Origin: a virus
Taxonomy: Duplodnaviria; Caudoviricetes
IMG/VR virus record: IMGVR_UViG_3300030376_004479
Coordinates: 1-47,290 of that record
Length of the DNA stretch: 47,290 nucleotides
Reading direction: 5' to 3' (one strand)
The notes beneath the pieces are model-generated. The model had not been told where the DNA came from. It ran no database searches and saw only the letters and a program-made list of their open reading frames with translations. The translations under genes were made by a program, and so were the position numbers. This document shows, in pieces, positions 43,901-47,290 of the stretch. The number at the start of each line of letters is the position of its first letter. Within the stretch, counting starts at the first letter, position 1.

Positions 43901-46345
43901 GATAGTGCTGGTAATGTAGACATAAGCGGCAGAGTTTCTTTGGTAGAGGGTACATGGCAAGGCAGTTTACCAACAAATCCTTATAATCTGTACTTTCCAA
44001 TTAGTGCCCAATCATATTTAGAAGGTTCTTTGGGTATCGGTACTGCATCAGCAGATGATTTTTGGGCGCAAGCCAAGTCCCTTGTCTTAGATAGAGGCGG
44101 TAATACTGGTTTAACTATTAAATCTACCTCAACAGGTAATGGTAGGGTTGTCTTTACTGACACAGCAAGTTCAACAGCAGGTTTTAACGATGGCGGTCAA
44201 ATTCATTATGGACATACTGATGACCAAATGAGATTTAGAACAGCAGGTGCAGATGCTGTTACTATTGATTCATCACAAAGAGTAGGAATAGCAAACAATA
44301 CACCTTCAAATTTTTTTGAATCGCATTTAGTTGTTGGTGATGGAGTAGGCGAAGAAGCTATTACTGTTTATTCAGGCTCATCACATACAGGTTATTTATT
44401 GTTTGGTGATGCAACAAGTGGTAATGCTAGATTTGCAGGACAGGTTAGATACAATCATGCTCAAAACAGACTTAGTTTTGCTACAAATGAAAGTTCAGCT
44501 TCAAAATTTTCTATATCATCTTCTGGTGACTTGGAAATGGGTTCAAGCTTTACCACAGTAATAGATAGCAATCGTAACCTAACAAATATCGGTTCTTACT
44601 CAGGTTCAGGTGACATGCATCTTACTGGTGTAGGTACTGTTCTTAAGTTTGATACTTTAGGGTCATCTGGTTCGAATACGATAAGAGTAATTAATAATTT
44701 TGAAACATTAATATCTACTAACAGAGGTGCAGCAGGACATATAGTTGTAGGAAACTCTAACATAAGAATGGGCTTTGGTAGTTCCTATACAGTTGGACAG
44801 TCAGATATAACTATTAACAGTACTGGCACTATTGATATTGCTATACCAACTTCATTTGCAGAAGATATATCTCTACCTGATGCCAAAAAAATAAAACTAG
44901 GTACTGGTGATGACTTGTTACTGTATCACGACGGCGGTTCAGTTATTGAAGATGCAGGAGATCAAGGTTTAGAAATTAGAACTAACGGCCCTGACATTAG
45001 AATGATTGGTGGCTCTAACGAACTTATGGCTAAGTTTGTTAAAGATGGAGCCGTTGAACTTTATTACGATAATATTCCACGCTTACAAACAACATCAACT
45101 GGTGTGAACATGAGCAATACTTTAGATGTACAAGGAGCCACCACATTTGAAGATGACGTAGCTTTTAATGCTGCTATTGTTACAAACCTGTCAGTAGGCG
45201 CAAATTTTATAAATTTTGCAGACAACGGTAAAGCAAGATTTGGTAACAGTACTGATTTACAAATTTATCACGACGGTACAGATAGTTATGTAACTGATGC
45301 TGGTACAGGTAATTTAAATATTAAATCAAATGGAACATTCATAAACTTCCTAGATGGAAGTAATAACTTAATGGCTTTTATGGTGCCAGGTGGTGCTGTA
45401 GGTTTATATCACAACACTTCACTTAGACTAACCACACAAGCTGCAGGTATAAAAATTAATTCTGCAGATGTAGGTGGAGTAGCAGCACCTATACTAAATG
45501 TAGGGCAACTTAATAATGCTTTTCAGAGTGGTATGGAATCATCTGTACACTTGACTATGAAAACTTACAATCCATCAGGTAACTTCTACTTTTATAGACA
45601 AAGCAATATCCAAGCTTCAATTATTAATGGCGATTTCTGTATCGGACAAACAGCAGTTATTACAAGTGCAAGAAACTTAACCAATATTGGTACTGTCGCT
45701 AGTGGTGCGATTACTGCTACAGCTAATGGAACAAGTGCAAAACAACTACAAGTTATAGATAGTGATAATACTACTGGAAGAGGTGAGCTTTTTCATAATG
45801 GCAGTACAACTACTCTTCAATCACAAGGAACTTCAGGTCTTGGAACAGTTATAATAGGAGGTGCAACTATAGGTGCTTCTCCAACTTATGCTACTTTTAA
45901 TAATACAGGCGTTACAATCGCAGGCGCACTATCTAAAGGCTCAGGTTCATTTAAGATAGATCACCCTCTCAAACCAGACACACATCACCTAGTTCACTCA
46001 TTTATAGAGGGCCCACAAGCTGATAACCTGTATAGAGGCACAATAACCTTACAAGACGGTAGAGCCGTTATAGATCTAGATGAGTGGTTCGGTATGACTC
46101 CAGGCACATTCTTAGCCCTTAACAGGGACATACAGGCTTTCGTATCTAATGTAGATGATTGGGATGCCGTCAGAGCTAAAATGATGGGCTCTCAGCTCGT
46201 TATAGAGTGTCAGAATGCTGAATCCAAAGCATCTGTCTCTTGGTTAGTAGTTGGTGAGCGTCAAGACAAAGAAATATATGCATCTGTTCTTACCGACGAT
46301 AACGGTAAAATTATTGTAGAACCGTCAAAAGAGGTGGTAGAATAA
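40979..46345 (+). CDS. Long tail fibre / receptor-binding protein with C-terminal chaperone-like domain
   Basis: 1788 aa; GNLTVNGTTTT, VGI..PS.KLH and LxIYHDG repeats; C-terminal KGSGSFKIDHPL..LVHSFIEGP..YRG domain. Confidence 0.8.
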   Translation: MANNKDFRVKNNLFVKGLGTSTFSGDVSVGDTITVQGAATFQDDVNFNGAFNPVSINASGNVVIGGNLTVNGTTTTVDTNNLNVKDKNITLNYSTGDSSALANGAGITIQDAVNSTTDATILWDSANDKFDFSHRINSPSASIADGIFVGSTSGASGSLGEAGIVINISAKPQILFDGGSDSTLDIAVPTGELLQIGHWDTSANSAVLQMSMESDGDFSFEGNNIQGISNVSTSTITSTSHITITGDNKQLKFTGTAGPLGLEFGDTEANPNFRVYYRTTPNTLTFENNASSAKHTFDLSGNYTSTGDITSGGAITSSGVVQLTSGNDIYLNNAGYDGSGTHAALRWFSTGSAQRKAADIITAEADSFARSDLLFRTQSGTSNADPTEVMRVTHDNLVGIATQSPSEKLHINGGSSDVALRIDTTNADPKIRLTTLGQQDWTIGIDHSDGGKLKICESGTVGTLTALTIDAARDAFFEGNISINDNKAIGIGTANDMLIKHDGSNTIFREQGDGNVIFEVTDATIQFKKGTTETLAEFIPDSGALLYHDTVLKFATTSDGSSTTGNHNATGYRLSGQQIIDSARNLISIASINVDGSAKSVFTNTSNSSIDLSSGTSGALQIGTASSTVFATIAGRQTNTTQSGLGFYSATADGNTSAVGDMHFNVRENNNSTFATLTKKAFVWTHFTSELMHLTRSGNLSVAGTISSGAITSSGTITSTGNGVTNVMSFSDRGIFGTTSNHPVEIRANGAEAIRIDTSQRVGINNQSPSSTLDVIGNAEFVLTNNSNQGFKITQTDNIPGQNINTLYIDHNCSGSDTFSGDFTHRGILVDLDSSATGGGTTEEHRITAIEGDARASGDSDAIRGVRGLAESQHSTGIVTSVYGLDGVAIADETNTARTTTIYGVHGLAQYQGTGTGGVTGAYGVYGKVLHSTASDKSNVGASSGVYAEIEIDNPGQSQTLTNNQRVIYSIFDNDSAGNVDISGRVSLVEGTWQGSLPTNPYNLYFPISAQSYLEGSLGIGTASADDFWAQAKSLVLDRGGNTGLTIKSTSTGNGRVVFTDTASSTAGFNDGGQIHYGHTDDQMRFRTAGADAVTIDSSQRVGIANNTPSNFFESHLVVGDGVGEEAITVYSGSSHTGYLLFGDATSGNARFAGQVRYNHAQNRLSFATNESSASKFSISSSGDLEMGSSFTTVIDSNRNLTNIGSYSGSGDMHLTGVGTVLKFDTLGSSGSNTIRVINNFETLISTNRGAAGHIVVGNSNIRMGFGSSYTVGQSDITINSTGTIDIAIPTSFAEDISLPDAKKIKLGTGDDLLLYHDGGSVIEDAGDQGLEIRTNGPDIRMIGGSNELMAKFVKDGAVELYYDNIPRLQTTSTGVNMSNTLDVQGATTFEDDVAFNAAIVTNLSVGANFINFADNGKARFGNSTDLQIYHDGTDSYVTDAGTGNLNIKSNGTFINFLDGSNNLMAFMVPGGAVGLYHNTSLRLTTQAAGIKINSADVGGVAAPILNVGQLNNAFQSGMESSVHLTMKTYNPSGNFYFYRQSNIQASIINGDFCIGQTAVITSARNLTNIGTVASGAITATANGTSAKQLQVIDSDNTTGRGELFHNGSTTTLQSQGTSGLGTVIIGGATIGASPTYATFNNTGVTIAGALSKGSGSFKIDHPLKPDTHHLVHSFIEGPQADNLYRGTITLQDGRAVIDLDEWFGMTPGTFLALNRDIQAFVSNVDDWDAVRAKMMGSQLVIECQNAESKASVSWLVVGERQDKEIYASVLTDDNGKIIVEPSKEVVE

Positions 46346-46354
46346 GGAAAAGTT

Positions 46355-47290
46355 ATGGATCAAGGTATAATGGCTTTACAAAACTCAGGTAGAGGCGAGG
46401 ATACTCGTCTAGCTCACCTTATGCAAGGTGAAGTTGTCGTACCTCCACACATTCTTGCAAGAAACAAATCTCTTAAAAAAGCCTTAGAAAGACATCTAGC
46501 CAAAACAGGCACGAACCTAAGTGATATAACGGTTGGTAGTGGTTCAATTAACCCAAATACAGGCTTAGAAGAATTTGGCTTTCTTAGCAAGCTTTGGAAG
46601 AAGGTTAAAAAAGTTATAGATCCTATAGCTCAAGTTGCAAGCGTTATACCAGGACCTTGGCAACCTGCTGCAGCTATTTATACAAAAGGTAAGTCAGTAA
46701 TCAGTTTAGCTAAAGGCGAAGGTGGCTTAGGTGATTTGGTAAATGTGTTTACTGGCCCTTCTTTCAAAGAATCTTTTGATACTATTGGTGCTAGAAAAGG
46801 TGACTTTTTTGAAAAGTTAATAGGTGATAAAAGTAAATACACATTAGGCAATATAGGAGATAGTGTTAAAAGTGCACTAGGTTTTGGTCCTACAGAGTAT
46901 AAAGACCAATTTGGTAACAAAATATCACAAAGCGAATACGAAAATATTACGAACGCAACAGAAAAAAGCATGTATACTCCTGTTTCAAAACCAAATATTT
47001 TAACAGGTGACCCTAACTACGACCCTGTAACAGGCTCAGGACAAAGCCGTCTTGGTATGATTGAAGACTACATAAAGGGAAAATCAGGTAAATTAGGAAA
47101 AGGTATTGGTGAATTTAGAGAAGATTTCAAAAGCGTAACTGGTATAGATCCTGCAATAGCTGCTATGGCTGCAGCATATGGTAAAGCTACTGAAAGAGCT
47201 TTAGAAAGAGAAGCAGGCGGTATGGGTGATATAAGAAAAACACTTAGACCTGATTTAGCTTTAAGCACTTATGGCGGTATTGGCGGGTTT
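46355..47290 (+). CDS. Putative internal/DNA-pilot (ejection) protein, truncated at window end (not in ORF track)
   Basis: AAGGA RBS; 312 open codons: MDQGIMALQNSGRGEDTRLAHLMQGEVVVP..SINPNTGLEEFGFLSKLWKKVKK.., Gly-rich. Confidence 0.65.
   Translation, partial: MDQGIMALQNSGRGEDTRLAHLMQGEVVVPPHILARNKSLKKALERHLAKTGTNLSDITVGSGSINPNTGLEEFGFLSKLWKKVKKVIDPIAQVASVIPGPWQPAAAIYTKGKSVISLAKGEGGLGDLVNVFTGPSFKESFDTIGARKGDFFEKLIGDKSKYTLGNIGDSVKSALGFGPTEYKDQFGNKISQSEYENITNATEKSMYTPVSKPNILTGDPNYDPVTGSGQSRLGMIEDYIKGKSGKLGKGIGEFREDFKSVTGIDPAIAAMAAAYGKATERALEREAGGMGDIRKTLRPDLALSTYGGIGGF

Noticed and set aside
13767-47268. Minus-strand and alternative-frame ORFs in the late arm (e.g. 14798-15289, 18508-18855, 39216-39806, 46678-46971)
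   Set aside because: Shadows of well-supported + strand genes with no independent motifs or RBS
1-47290. Prophage status and specific host assignment
   Set aside because: No integrase, att site or host genes in the window; host cannot be determined from the sequence by eye

Overview
AT-rich (roughly 35% GC by eye) partial genome of a tailed dsDNA phage, most similar in gene content to uncultured marine podovirus-like phages of Proteobacteria. Left arm (1-7.6 kb): a minus-strand operon runs from a Cro-like HTH and a bifunctional primase-polymerase/helicase through a PD-(D/E)XK nuclease and holin-like membrane genes into curli-pore homologues csgF and csgG (truncated at the window edge). A divergent Sak4-like AAA ATPase/SSB pair and a converging RecE-like exonuclease/DUF3310 unit are also here. 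Middle (7.6-13.5 kb): terminase small subunit plus many small early-type genes, with polarised TCGGG/ACACAA/CCAGGYGC repeat modules and several structured intergenic RNA candidates. Right arm (13.5-47.3 kb, + strand): putative ejection proteins, terL, portal, GroES, scaffold, decoration and major capsid proteins. These are followed by an array of four lectin-fold paralogues interleaved with four micro-ORFs, a cluster of very basic small proteins, neck and tail proteins, lysozyme, two tail fibres and a truncated pilot-like protein. I saw no integrase, replicative DNA polymerase, reverse transcriptase, tRNA or CRISPR array. All calls come from reading motifs by eye; no database searches were run.
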